IMG/VR virus record: IMGVR_UViG_3300028586_000783
Span: 1 to 40,930 of that record
DNA length: 40,930 bases
Strand: one strand, 5' to 3'
Origin: a virus
Lineage: Duplodnaviria; Caudoviricetes
Each line of letters opens with the position of its first letter. The stretch's first letter is position 1. Shown piece after piece: positions 1-9,484 of the stretch. The position numbers and the translations under genes are program-made. The notes below the pieces were generated by a model. The model was not told the DNA's origin. It ran no database searches and saw only the letters and a program-made list of their open reading frames with translations.

Positions 1-831
1 TTATTTAGACTTGATTTTGTTGTTATTTGACTTTAAAAAAAATACCTCCGCTTCTAAATCTGAAACTCTATCGTATAAATCTGCTGGGTTTCCAAGTTCA
101 AAACCTATATGCATCTTATATTCCCACACCTCAATAATATCTTCTGGACTGACTGCAAAACTTGGGTGTTCTTTCCTATTGTCGCTTTTGCAATAGATAT
201 TTCCATACTTTTTAATCCTATTTAAACAGCGTTTAACTATAACCCCATTATCCCTTGAGACTATAACATATACCCTATCATCCTTTATGTCTTTAGTCCA
301 ATTTTCGACAAATTGACCCACAACATAAGCTCCATTATGTAAAGTTGGGAACATTGAATGACCTGCGACCTGAAACATTCTAAATATTCCATTTTGAATG
401 TTCGGTAAATTATAGGTTGGTAAGGTTTCTATGAACTCAGGGTCTCCAAAACCATTTAAATAACCTGCCGCAGCTTTTACAGGGACCAGCGTAATATTAT
501 TACGCCCACTACTATCTATAGTTACAACTTTGGGTACGCGGCTGTATACACCTTCAGGCTCAACAACGGCAAGTTTATTGGCATCCTTACTTGTGTATGA
601 AATTATCATACTACCCGCTCCTTTTGCAAGCCACTCAAAGCTAATTTCAGTATGTGCCTCCGTTAATAAGATTAAATTCTCTAAGCTAACTTTCTTTCTA
701 TCCGCTTTTAAATCGCTCATCCCGGCTTTATTGGTTCCAATAATGTCCGCAAATTCTTGCAAAGTTGATAGTTTGCCAATCTCTTTCAGATACTCGTAAG
801 CCTTGAATAACCTGTCTTTTATTGAATTCAT
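1..831 (-). CDS. CI-like prophage repressor (HTH plus S24 peptidase-like domain)
   Basis: N-terminal HTH (LQEFADIIGTNKAGMSDLK), EWLAKGAGSM motif, S24 motifs VAGHSMFP and VIVKR; divergent from the early operon. Confidence 0.9.
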   Translation of the reverse strand: MNSIKDRLFKAYEYLKEIGKLSTLQEFADIIGTNKAGMSDLKADRKKVSLENLILLTEAHTEISFEWLAKGAGSMIISYTSKDANKLAVVEPEGVYSRVPKVVTIDSSGRNNITLVPVKAAAGYLNGFGDPEFIETLPTYNLPNIQNGIFRMFQVAGHSMFPTLHNGAYVVGQFVENWTKDIKDDRVYVIVSRDNGVIVKRCLNRIKKYGNIYCKSDNRKEHPSFAVSPEDIIEVWEYKMHIGFELGNPADLYDRVSDLEAEVFFLKSNNNKIKSK

Positions 832-839
832 ATAAAAAA

Positions 840-886
840 GTATGAAAAAATCATATAAAAATTATGTTAGTATGAAAATATCATAC
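840..886. promoter_or_regulatory. Two palindromic operators TATGA-N5-TCATA (841-855, 871-885)
   Basis: tatgaaaaaatcata and gtatgaaaatatcatac, 30 bp apart, between the repressor and the early operon. Confidence 0.75.
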
Positions 887-894
887 TATATTTG
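887..894 (+). promoter_or_regulatory. Early promoter, Bacteroidetes -7 box TATATTTG
   Basis: Exact TAnnTTTG, directly next to the second operator and upstream of the ATG at 921. Confidence 0.75.
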
Positions 895-920
895 TCCTGT
901 ACCAAAAGACAAAATAACAG

Positions 921-1124
921 ATGGACAAACCTACGACAAAAAAACAGAATTACAATCAGGATATTCTTAAAGCCTTGTCTGAAAAGTTTGGATTTTCAGT
1001 TGATTATATCAGAAAAAGCTTAAGAGGTGATCGAACCGGAATTATGCCTGATAAAATTATAGCAGAATATAAAATACTTTTTAAGGCCTTAGATAGTACG
1101 ATTATAAATTTTAAAACACAGTAA
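921..1124 (+). CDS. Ner/Cro-like small DNA-binding protein
   Basis: 67 aa, HTH-like LSEKFGFSVDYIRKSLRG; lies between repressor and transposase. Confidence 0.7.
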   Translation: MDKPTTKKQNYNQDILKALSEKFGFSVDYIRKSLRGDRTGIMPDKIIAEYKILFKALDSTIINFKTQ

Positions 1125-1127
1125 GCC

Positions 1128-3125
1128 ATGTACGAATACCAAAACAATGTTTTATGTATTCATGGTAGTTGGCTTTACGAAAGTGGCATCTTAAGTGAGT
1201 CTTATTATAAGCAGCTATGTGCAAGGAAGCAACTCGAAAAAATTAGTGTAGGTGGCAACGGTCGGAAAGCACTAATAAAATTTGAAACGATAAAACAAGA
1301 TATCAAAGAAAGAATTATCGCCATCACTGGCGACCCGACCGAAAAAGCTAAACACATTACGTTCATTGACTACTTGCAAACCGATAGTTTCGCCCATGAA
1401 TTTTTTAACACTTATACTTTAGACAATGGTGAAGAATTACCTGAAAAAAATAAGGTCGAATATATAGCAAATGCCGAGGTTCTAAACGGAATTGATAGAG
1501 TGATGGAAACCACCATGAGCAAGCGTAAGGCTTTAGGTAGCAAAATTAAGCCCTGGCCGAAGATTGCAGAAGTAGTTTCAAACTTACCTGTCAAACAATG
1601 GCCCCACAGTTTGCCATCCAACGAAAAGAGGCTTAGAGACAAATTCAACCTCTATAAAAAAGAGGGTTATCAAAGTTTAGTGCATAAGGGCTTCGGGCAT
1701 AAAAACAGTGAAAAGTTGGATGATGAAGCAAAGCGGTGGGTTCTTGCCCGATGGGCTGATCAAGTTCAACGTTGCGCAACACACAAGCAACTTTTAACTG
1801 AATACAACCGATTAGCCACTGATAAAGGATGGAAGCCTTTAAAATCGGAAAACACGCTCATTAACTTTTTGAACGACCCTAAAATTGAACCCCTATGGTA
1901 CGGTTACAGGTTTGGTGAACTGAAAAGCAAAGAAAAATATAGTTTTCAGTTCTCAACTAAGTTGCCTGGAATGCGTGACAGCTTATGGTATAGCGATGGT
2001 ACAAAACTTAACTACTACTACCAAGATGCTACAGGCAAAATGCAGACCTGCCAAGTGTACGAGGTATTTGATGCTTACAGCGAGGTGTTTCTCGGTTATC
2101 ACATCAGTAATAGTGAAGATTATGAGGCGCAATACCGAGCCTATAAGATGGCTATTCAAATTTCGGGGCATAAGCCTTACGAAATTAAATTCGATAATCA
2201 GGGCGGTACAAAAACGCTGCAAAGCCAAAGTTTTTTAGGCAAAATCGCAAAGCTATGTACCAACACAAGGCCATATAATGGTAAATCTAAAACTATAGAA
2301 AGTGCATTTGGACGATTCCAACAGCACTATTTAAAACAGGAATGGTTTTTCACAGGTCAAAATATTACTGCCGTTAAAGCTGAAAGCCGTGCTAATATGG
2401 AAGTTGTTCTTAGAAATAATGCAAAACTCCCCACCCTTGACGAAGTAAAGGAAATATATGCCAAACGTCGACAAGAATGGAACGAAGCCCCACATCCTAA
2501 AACAGGTATTAGCAGGCTTGAGATGTATTTAAACAGTGAAAATCCTGCCACCCCTGCAATTCATATTTGGGATATGATAGAAATGTTTTTCATACAACGC
2601 AAAGAGCCTGTTACCTGCAACGCTTACGGCATTAGCTTCAAAGAGAAAGGCGAAAAGTACACCTATATGGTGTATAACGAAAATAAGTTGCCCGACTTGG
2701 TATGGCTTCGCAACAATATAGATAAAAAGTTTCACATCAAGTATGACCCTGACGACCGCACAACAATTCAACTATATGAGGACACACCTTTAGGTCTTAA
2801 ACGTGCCGGGGTGGCTGAAATAAAAGTTGATGTTAACCGAGGCAGACAGATGCAGGAAGATTGGGAAGCATCGTACATCACACAAATTATTGAGGCTGAT
2901 AAAAAGCTAAGGATTGCAGAGCGTGACAAAATGGAAGCCATACTCGCGGAACATAACAGAACCGCGGAGGATAGAGGTTTAAGGTCGCCACTAATTAAAG
3001 GCATAGAGAGCAGCCGCAAAATGCAAAAGGCTGTTAAAAAAGAAACAACCGACATAGGACAGTACCAAAAAGAACTATCCAACGCGGTTGTAACAGATGA
3101 ACAAGATATTTATTCAATAATGTAA
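1128..3125 (+). CDS. MuA-like DDE transposase
   Basis: 665 aa; WYSDGT, FDNQGG and KTIESAFG give the D-D-E triad; followed by an ATPase gene. Confidence 0.92.
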   Translation: MYEYQNNVLCIHGSWLYESGILSESYYKQLCARKQLEKISVGGNGRKALIKFETIKQDIKERIIAITGDPTEKAKHITFIDYLQTDSFAHEFFNTYTLDNGEELPEKNKVEYIANAEVLNGIDRVMETTMSKRKALGSKIKPWPKIAEVVSNLPVKQWPHSLPSNEKRLRDKFNLYKKEGYQSLVHKGFGHKNSEKLDDEAKRWVLARWADQVQRCATHKQLLTEYNRLATDKGWKPLKSENTLINFLNDPKIEPLWYGYRFGELKSKEKYSFQFSTKLPGMRDSLWYSDGTKLNYYYQDATGKMQTCQVYEVFDAYSEVFLGYHISNSEDYEAQYRAYKMAIQISGHKPYEIKFDNQGGTKTLQSQSFLGKIAKLCTNTRPYNGKSKTIESAFGRFQQHYLKQEWFFTGQNITAVKAESRANMEVVLRNNAKLPTLDEVKEIYAKRRQEWNEAPHPKTGISRLEMYLNSENPATPAIHIWDMIEMFFIQRKEPVTCNAYGISFKEKGEKYTYMVYNENKLPDLVWLRNNIDKKFHIKYDPDDRTTIQLYEDTPLGLKRAGVAEIKVDVNRGRQMQEDWEASYITQIIEADKKLRIAERDKMEAILAEHNRTAEDRGLRSPLIKGIESSRKMQKAVKKETTDIGQYQKELSNAVVTDEQDIYSIM

Positions 3126-3178
3126 ATCAATCCGGTACGGCCTGAGAAACTACACCGGCAGCAATACACAACAAATTT

Positions 3179-4036
3179 ATGGAAAATACAGAGAAACAGC
3201 AAATTGTAATAAACCTACAAGAATACATTGGCAAATATGAGAGCCAAAACAAGGCAGCCAATTCCTTAAAGGGTGTTAGCGCGGCTACAATAAGCCAAAT
3301 GATAAATGGTAATTGGAGCCTTATCAAAAACGAAATGTGGCGCAATGTAGCCGCTCAAATTGGGGGCGGTAATAGCGAAGCGTGGCAAATAGTAGAAACT
3401 GCCGCAAAAGAGCGTTTAAATGGCATTTTAACAGATGCTCAACAACACTCCAATGTGTTTGCCGTAACAGGGAATGCGGGAACGGGTAAAAGCGCAGCAA
3501 TGAAATTGTTTTCAAACAGGCCAAATGCTTACCGTTTACAATGTTCAGAATTTTGGAACCGTAAAATATTCCTTGCTGAGTTGCTCAGCGCAATGGGTTG
3601 CGACTACACAGGCTTAACTGTTGCTGAAATGATGTATGAAGCTGTTAAGCGCCTAAAGCAAAAAGAAAAACCATTATTAATGCTTGATGAAGCGGATAAG
3701 CTAAGCGACCAGGTTCTTTACTTCTTTATCACGCTATATAATGAGTTAGAAGATCAGTGCGGCATAGTCTTATGTGCTACCGACCATTTAAAGAAGCGTA
3801 TTAACAAAGGTATAGCTCTTAACAAAAAAGGTTACAACGAGATTTACAGCCGTATTGGTAGAAAGTTTATCGAACTGCAAAACCTTTCATTTAACGATGT
3901 TGTAAAAGTTTGTGGTGCCAACGGAATTGAGGACACTAAACTAATTCAAAAGGTATGGGTAGAATGTGACGGCGACCTCCGCCGCGTAAAACGAAAAATC
4001 CATGCTCTTAAAAACATAACTCCTAATGGCGATTAA
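3179..4036 (+). CDS. MuB-like AAA+ transposition ATPase
   Basis: N-terminal HTH (GVSAATISQ), Walker A GNAGTGKS, Walker B LMLDEAD. Confidence 0.9.
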   Translation: MENTEKQQIVINLQEYIGKYESQNKAANSLKGVSAATISQMINGNWSLIKNEMWRNVAAQIGGGNSEAWQIVETAAKERLNGILTDAQQHSNVFAVTGNAGTGKSAAMKLFSNRPNAYRLQCSEFWNRKIFLAELLSAMGCDYTGLTVAEMMYEAVKRLKQKEKPLLMLDEADKLSDQVLYFFITLYNELEDQCGIVLCATDHLKKRINKGIALNKKGYNEIYSRIGRKFIELQNLSFNDVVKVCGANGIEDTKLIQKVWVECDGDLRRVKRKIHALKNITPNGD

Positions 4037-4649
4037 CAGAGCGCTTTCTGTAGACCAAATTCTAAATAAAAAGTTCATTGAATTATATCTTGATAAGGAA
4101 TGGAGGGCATCGCTGGGCGAGCCTGAGGCAAGTGGTATTTGGATAATTTGGGGCAACTCAGGTAATGGCAAAAGCCGCTTTAGCATGATGCTCGCCAAAA
4201 TGCTTGCTCAGGTTGGAAAGGTGGCATACAACACGCTTGAAGAAGGTGCGCGAAAGTCATTTCAAAAAAACGTCAAAGAGTGCCGGATGCATGAGGTTAA
4301 AAAAAACTTTATCATCCTGAACCGTGAGCCTATTGAGGCTCTGCGGGAAAGGCTTAGTAAAAAGCAGGCACCGCGATTTGTTTTTATAGACAGCTTGCAA
4401 TATACAGAGCTTACCAAAAAGCAGTACATCGCCTTAAAAGAAGAATTCCCTGATGTTCTTTTCATTTTCATAAGCCATGCAGAGGGCAAAGAGCCTAAAG
4501 GTGCATTGGCAAGCTTTATAAGGTATGATGCGGATATAAAAATCCGTGTGGAAGGTTATAGGGCATTTCCCGTAAGCCGTTTGGGCGGCGGTGAGCCTTA
4601 CACTATATGGCCGGAAGCGGCAGCAAAATACTGGGCAGATATTCAATAA
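4026..4649 (+). CDS. Second P-loop ATPase (RecA/Sms-like)
   Basis: Walker A GNSGNGKS, Walker B FVFIDSLQ; overlaps the end of MuB. Confidence 0.8.
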   Translation: MAINRALSVDQILNKKFIELYLDKEWRASLGEPEASGIWIIWGNSGNGKSRFSMMLAKMLAQVGKVAYNTLEEGARKSFQKNVKECRMHEVKKNFIILNREPIEALRERLSKKQAPRFVFIDSLQYTELTKKQYIALKEEFPDVLFIFISHAEGKEPKGALASFIRYDADIKIRVEGYRAFPVSRLGGGEPYTIWPEAAAKYWADIQ

Positions 4650-4667
4650 ATACTCAACACTACAACT

Positions 4668-5045
4668 ATGGCAACGATTTCAAAACCAATTACCAAGCTC
4701 CTTGACATTACCGAAGAAACTTACTGGAACAAATTTATTGAGCGTTACATGCGCTGGTGTACTGGCCGCGCTTTACACAATGTAGATGGCGTAATAGTTA
4801 CCGATTTACAAATGCTAATGGCTAACAGCTCCCTTAGCAAATGGTATACCCTGCAACATGAAGAATTAGAGAAACAAGCTATCGAAGTTTTAAGACCACA
4901 ATTCGACCGCATACCTCTCGAAAAGATGCGAGAAATACACAATATCATGATGAACGATATTTTTAAAGCGTACCCAAAACCTCTAATTGACGCAGCTCGA
5001 AAGCTAACAATAATTAACCCACCTTATGACACCACAGCAAATTAA
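4668..5045 (+). CDS. Hypothetical early protein
   Basis: 125 aa ORF in a tightly packed operon. Confidence 0.7.
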   Translation: MATISKPITKLLDITEETYWNKFIERYMRWCTGRALHNVDGVIVTDLQMLMANSSLSKWYTLQHEELEKQAIEVLRPQFDRIPLEKMREIHNIMMNDIFKAYPKPLIDAARKLTIINPPYDTTAN

Positions 5046-5175
5046 AAACAAGATTGCAGAATTAGAATTTTGGCTTAATAACAATCCGCATCACACCTAT
5101 TATAATGTAAAGCTGAACGAAAAAAAAGCCTTAGAACTTGAGTTAATGACCCTTGAAAATCCCAAAAAAACATGA
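5026..5175 (+). CDS. Small hypothetical protein, 49 aa (absent from the ORF track)
   Basis: MTPQQIKNKIAELEFWLNNNPHH...; fills the gap and its TGA overlaps the ATG at 5172 (ATGA). Confidence 0.65.
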   Translation: MTPQQIKNKIAELEFWLNNNPHHTYYNVKLNEKKALELELMTLENPKKT

Positions 5176-5822
5176 ATACAGAAACCTTAGATATAAACAC
5201 CCTGCCAACTGCCGAATTAGAGGCTCTTTTGGCTACACGAAAAGAAAACGAGAAACGCCAACAGCAAGCCGCCCGTAAGGCTTATGAGAAAGATACTAAT
5301 AATAAAGTAGTAGGTATCATTAGTCAGGCTGAGGCACTTTTTAATAAGCTTGATGGCTTTAAAAAATACTGTCATGCGGAAATGGATAAAAAAGCTATTG
5401 CCCTTGCAGCTTACGGCGAGATAAGAAGTACAAGCAAAGGTGGTTTTTCCATTACAAGTGCCGATGGTACTATGCAGGTGACCCGCCGCCGTGATACTGA
5501 ACCCACATGGGACGAACGCTCAACCAAAGCCATCGAACTTATAAAAGAGTTTTTAGGTGATGCGATTAAAAAGCGCGATTTAAAAATGTATGAAATTCTG
5601 ATGGAATTTTTGCAGCGCAACGACAAGGGAGAACTCGAATACAGCAAAGTCATGGACTTAATTAAGCATGAGGGCAAATTCGGTGACCCTCGATGGAAAG
5701 AAGGTCTTAGGCTTATTAAAGAAAGCTATAGCAACCACCTTAAAGGTTACGGTTATGTCTTTAAGAAAAAGGACGCTAATGGCAAATGGGAAACAATCGT
5801 ATTAAATTTTTCAAGTATATAA
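5172..5822 (+). CDS. DUF3164-like protein (Gam-position early protein)
   Basis: 216 aa, helical, ends W-x-x-I-x-L-N-F-S; typical position in Mu-like early regions. Confidence 0.7.
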   Translation: MNTETLDINTLPTAELEALLATRKENEKRQQQAARKAYEKDTNNKVVGIISQAEALFNKLDGFKKYCHAEMDKKAIALAAYGEIRSTSKGGFSITSADGTMQVTRRRDTEPTWDERSTKAIELIKEFLGDAIKKRDLKMYEILMEFLQRNDKGELEYSKVMDLIKHEGKFGDPRWKEGLRLIKESYSNHLKGYGYVFKKKDANGKWETIVLNFSSI

Positions 5823-5840
5823 TAATCAAACATTTTCACT

Positions 5841-6077
5841 ATGAGTAGTACAACAGAAATTACAGCCGCAGCATTAGCAACCGCAATAAGCGAAGCGTTA
5901 AACAACCACCCTGTTAAGGAAAGCGCCTTGGTAGATTTCGGCGACCACATCCAAACAAAAGTAAACTTTGAAGGCACCCTAAAACATGGCCAGATTGTCG
6001 AACTGTCTAAGATTGGTGAAATCGAAATTAAGCGTTCAGGCGCGGGCCTTTCCATTCAAATTACCACAATTAAATAA
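5841..6077 (+). CDS. Hypothetical protein
   Basis: 78 aa ORF in the operon, C-terminal IKRSGAGL. Confidence 0.6.
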   Translation: MSSTTEITAAALATAISEALNNHPVKESALVDFGDHIQTKVNFEGTLKHGQIVELSKIGEIEIKRSGAGLSIQITTIK

Positions 6078-6131
6078 CCGTAACGGCATTCACTCAGGTT
6101 CGAGGCCTGAGGCGGTGCAAAATTTACAACT

Positions 6132-6554
6132 ATGAACATACCAGCAACACCCCAACAAAAACAGCTTATACACATCAACGCCCCAACCCGCGACATAAAA
6201 GAAGAATTCGTACAATGGGCAACCGATGATAATAACAAGATAAGCACAAACGACCTCACATTTGACCAGGCTAATCGCATACTCGAAAAACTTGGTAAAG
6301 AACCGCACAGACTTGCATTTCGTGCCACGTTCGACAAAACCAACCCCCGCCACCTTTACATATTGTCGCTTTGCATCCAGTACGGTTGGTGTGTCATCAA
6401 GAAAGGCCGCAAGGTTGCCGATGTAGATAAGCTAAACGAGTGGATGTATAGCAAGCTTTGCCCAATTCAAAAAACCCTCAAAAACATGGATGATAAGGAG
6501 CTAAACAAGTTTATAGGTGCCTTAGAAAGTATGACTAAAAAACTATATGCCTAA
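6132..6554 (+). CDS. GemA/DUF1018-like protein
   Basis: QKQLIH...STNDLTFDQANRILEKL and LKNMDDKELNKFIGALE resemble the GemA pattern. Confidence 0.55.
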   Translation: MNIPATPQQKQLIHINAPTRDIKEEFVQWATDDNNKISTNDLTFDQANRILEKLGKEPHRLAFRATFDKTNPRHLYILSLCIQYGWCVIKKGRKVADVDKLNEWMYSKLCPIQKTLKNMDDKELNKFIGALESMTKKLYA

Positions 6555-6760
6555 TGGATTGGATATACATTGTTTTAGCCGTTGTAGTTGTTTTTGCTGC
6601 CGGTTATATAGCGGGTTATTTTACAGGCCGCATTATAGAGCGCAACAAAGAGCCTGACCCGTTAGCAAATCTTAAGCTCCCAAAATGCAAATGCAAGGAT
6701 GTTAACCAATGTGACACCTGGTGCCATGCGAAAGAAATGTTTAGGAGGTACCATGAGTGA
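6554..6760 (+). CDS. Small membrane protein with Cys-rich tail
   Basis: N-terminal hydrophobic helix, CKC..C..WC; TAATG coupling to the upstream gene. Confidence 0.6.
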   Translation: MDWIYIVLAVVVVFAAGYIAGYFTGRIIERNKEPDPLANLKLPKCKCKDVNQCDTWCHAKEMFRRYHE

Positions 6761-6884
6761 TGATTGCCCACACAATTTAACCTATCCACGTGTATTACAT
6801 GCTGCTTGTGGCTGCGAGACAGTTGTACAAGTATGTTATATGTGCAATAAAGAAATATTAGGAACCGAAACAATTGATTGTTAA
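6753..6884 (+). CDS. Small Cys-rich (zinc-binding-like) protein, 43 aa
   Basis: MSDDCPH...CGCETVVQVCYMC; overlaps both neighbours. Confidence 0.55.
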   Translation: MSDDCPHNLTYPRVLHAACGCETVVQVCYMCNKEILGTETIDC

Positions 6885-7228
6885 TGAAAGTAAATCTAAG
6901 CCTTACAGCCAAACAAATTATTTATCTCGATGCACGCTTTGATGTTTTTGTTGAGCAAAGTATAAAGGGGTTTATTAATCTACCCCGGCGCGACAAAGCT
7001 TTGCTCACAATCTGTCAGGATGTTGGCGATAAATTCAGTAAAAAGGCAACCACCCTTAGCCGTAGAACCGACCTCTTTAATCATAAAAAAAAGCACTCAG
7101 TTACTCTAAAATACCATGAAGCCCACGCAGTAAACGCCCTGTTGCTAAGTGTTAAAGATAAAGAAACCGACCCCTATTTTAAATCCATTGCGGAATTGAT
7201 TTACATACAACTTGATAAAAAACTGTAA
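6884..7228 (+). CDS. Hypothetical protein
   Basis: ATG at 6884 coupled to the upstream stop (TAATG). Confidence 0.65.
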   Translation: MKVNLSLTAKQIIYLDARFDVFVEQSIKGFINLPRRDKALLTICQDVGDKFSKKATTLSRRTDLFNHKKKHSVTLKYHEAHAVNALLLSVKDKETDPYFKSIAELIYIQLDKKL

Positions 7229-7229
7229 C

Positions 7230-7499
7230 ATGAAAATAATATATGAAATCAGCCCATTAATGGGCGTTCAGGAAATAATCGTACTGCAAGAAACCGATCG
7301 CAGTTACTTTGGCCGATGGCCTGAGGGCTTTGAGCATGTTGTCTCTAAATCTGAAATTGCCGAAACCCCACAGGATAAGAGCCGCTTTTTTACAGATGCC
7401 CAACTCGCAGCCGCCTCATTAAAGCGTGCAATAGTTAAAGACCTGCAAAAGGTAGAAAAATTTAAAAAACAACTTGACGAATTAAAGAAACGCGTGTAA
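7230..7499 (+). CDS. Hypothetical protein
   Basis: ATG at 7230 just after the upstream stop. Confidence 0.6.
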   Translation: MKIIYEISPLMGVQEIIVLQETDRSYFGRWPEGFEHVVSKSEIAETPQDKSRFFTDAQLAAASLKRAIVKDLQKVEKFKKQLDELKKRV

Positions 7500-7822
7500 T
7501 GAAAAAAATCTATATCGCCGGTAAAGTAACCGGATTACCATTTGACGAATGCGCCCAAAAGTTTAAAGCTGCCGCCGATGCAATTGCGGCAATGGGTTAC
7601 GAACCTGTAAACCCTATTGAGGTTGTAAACAACCCTGATGCATCATGGATTAGCGCAATGCGTTTATGCATTGCCTCCCTAATGGGCTGCGATGCTATTT
7701 ACTGCCTACCGTGCCACATAGCAAGCGCAGGCGCGCTTATTGAAAAGAAGATTGCCACCAATGTAGGTATGCCAGTAATTCATGTATTAGAAAGCTTAAA
7801 TGGAGCTAAATGGAACAGTTAA
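7499..7822 (+). CDS. DUF4406 / nucleoside 2-deoxyribosyltransferase-like protein
   Basis: KIYIAGKVTG...VNP...CDAIYCL...SAGALIE family signature. Confidence 0.8.
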   Translation: MKKIYIAGKVTGLPFDECAQKFKAAADAIAAMGYEPVNPIEVVNNPDASWISAMRLCIASLMGCDAIYCLPCHIASAGALIEKKIATNVGMPVIHVLESLNGAKWNS

Positions 7823-8328
7823 CTACCTACCGCGCTCAGGGTAAGGAAGTGGGGCTTGTTTTCCTGTTTAAATACGATTTAATCGGCAATTTAAAGCTTT
7901 TTGAAAAGATAGATTGCGATCTAAACGACATACAAAAACGATGGCTTTATTCGAGCAACTTCCCTGATAATGAAATTCAGATGTTGACCATTTGGATGAA
8001 AGATGAACGGTACACGAGCAAATTTAATGTAGTCGTTAGCCCTCCCGATTTGAGCTTTGAAACTCTTTGGGAACTATACGATTATAAGCACGATAAGCAG
8101 GAAGCGAAAAAAGCCTTTAACAAGCTTACGGAAGCCGACAAAATAAAGTGCTTTATATCCGTCCCACTCTATAACAACTGGCTCAAAAATAAGACCATTG
8201 AAAAGATATACCTCACAAGGTTTATCAGCAAACGCCGCTTTGATGATGATTTCAGTACACCCACAAAGCCAGGCAAGAACTATAACGCCGCAATAAAGCA
8301 ACTGGCCGAACTTAAAAAAGCAAAGTAG
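7810..8328 (+). CDS. Hypothetical protein (C-terminus resembles phage replication-organiser helices)
   Basis: FETLWELYDYK..KQEAKKAFNKL motif. Confidence 0.6.
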   Translation: MEQLTTYRAQGKEVGLVFLFKYDLIGNLKLFEKIDCDLNDIQKRWLYSSNFPDNEIQMLTIWMKDERYTSKFNVVVSPPDLSFETLWELYDYKHDKQEAKKAFNKLTEADKIKCFISVPLYNNWLKNKTIEKIYLTRFISKRRFDDDFSTPTKPGKNYNAAIKQLAELKKAK

Positions 8329-8393
8329 TAAATCCAAAAGCCCCCTGTAAAAAGGTTCGGGAACCAATTTAGAGGGGGCTAACTAAAACTTAG

Positions 8394-8475
8394 CGGAGGT
8401 AAAGGGACTCGAACCCTTGAAGCCCGAAGGCTCACAGCTTGGCAAGCTGCTGCATTACCACTCTGCCACACCATA
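8394..8475 (-). tRNA. Degenerate class II tRNA: Ser-like body, GCC (Gly) anticodon, broken acceptor stem
   Basis: TGGCAGAGTGGTAATGC D-arm; GCAGC-TTGCCAA-GCTGT anticodon arm; GAGCC-TTCG-GGCTT variable arm; AAGGG-TTCGAGT-CCCTT T-arm; discriminator G; pairs 1-3 mismatched. Confidence 0.75.
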
Positions 8476-8559
8476 ACTGCGATTAAAAAAAAGCACTTAG
8501 GGTGTAACATAATATAAAGCTACACAAAGTATTAATGAATTACAAACTTATTAACAATA

Positions 8560-8754
8560 ATGACAGAAAAAATAGAAAATAGTAAAGCTTTTAAAAGCCT
8601 TCAACAATTCCAAAAAGATTTAGTTATTAAGCGAGACAACCGCCTTAAAATAGAAGACGCAGTAATCATTGCACGGAATATTGGTGTTGACAACTGGAAA
8701 CGGGGCACTTCGCTTTCAAAAAAATGGCATGCAATTGTAGAGGAAATAATTTAA
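8560..8754 (+). CDS. Hypothetical protein
   Basis: 64 aa ORF with AT-rich leader, followed by a terminator. Confidence 0.6.
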   Translation: MTEKIENSKAFKSLQQFQKDLVIKRDNRLKIEDAVIIARNIGVDNWKRGTSLSKKWHAIVEEII

Positions 8755-8780
8755 AAAGAGCCACTAAATGTGGCTCTTTT
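8754..8780. terminator. Bidirectional intrinsic terminator
   Basis: AAAAGAGCCAC-TAAAT-GTGGCTCTTTT between convergent genes. Confidence 0.85.
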
Positions 8781-9484
8781 CATGATGCGAGATATTCCGC
8801 TAATAAATAATTTTCTATAGCAGGTCTAATTGTATCGATATTACCTTTCGCAACCGGCAAAGAATTATAAAAAGCTGAGCTTGTTAATTCAGATGGTCTT
8901 ATTCTTTTAACCAGTGTTTGCAACAATTCGTCAGATAGACCTGGAACCACCTGATTTAAATAATCTATAGTATATTCTACCAACCCTGGTAAGTCATTTT
9001 CAATACTCTCTAAACTTGTCGTGTCCCAGTCGTCAACATTTAAATACTCTTCTTGATTATAAAGAAATGCACTAATTACTTTAATACAGAAACCTACACA
9101 TGTGACTACATTCGGTATCCCATTAGTTGCGTAGTACGAGCCATCAGGTTTGAAAAATGATTTGTCAAATACAATACCGTAGTCAATAACGGCATCTTCA
9201 TAGATTATTTCAGCAATCGCCTTATAGGTTGTTACCAAAGCAGTATTAAGTATTTTTAATTCCTTAATATAAATATTATTGGGTACTACGGGTCCAAATT
9301 CTTCATATATCATTTGTCCAGTAAAGTGAAAATGATAAATTATTTCATCTGAACATATAATAATACCACTATGGTAACCTATACCTTGGCTATTCATAGT
9401 TATTGAAATTCCTATATAATCTTTCGTCCTATCGTACTCACATAATTTTTTTAAATCTGTGGGAATTTGGTTTAAGATACTCAT
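8780..9484 (-). CDS. Permuted papain-like (NlpC/P60; PPPDE/LRAT-like) thiol enzyme candidate
   Basis: YHSGII...HFHF precedes TCVGF (His before Cys order). Confidence 0.55.
   Translation of the reverse strand: MSILNQIPTDLKKLCEYDRTKDYIGISITMNSQGIGYHSGIIICSDEIIYHFHFTGQMIYEEFGPVVPNNIYIKELKILNTALVTTYKAIAEIIYEDAVIDYGIVFDKSFFKPDGSYYATNGIPNVVTCVGFCIKVISAFLYNQEEYLNVDDWDTTSLESIENDLPGLVEYTIDYLNQVVPGLSDELLQTLVKRIRPSELTSSAFYNSLPVAKGNIDTIRPAIENYLLAEYLAS

Noticed and set aside
3132-3158. CCGGT...ACCGG hairpin between MuA and MuB
   Set aside because: Short stem, large loop and no U-tract; could be chance.
8394-8420. tRNA 3' end as an attachment site
   Set aside because: No second copy noticed in the window and it lies mid-prophage.
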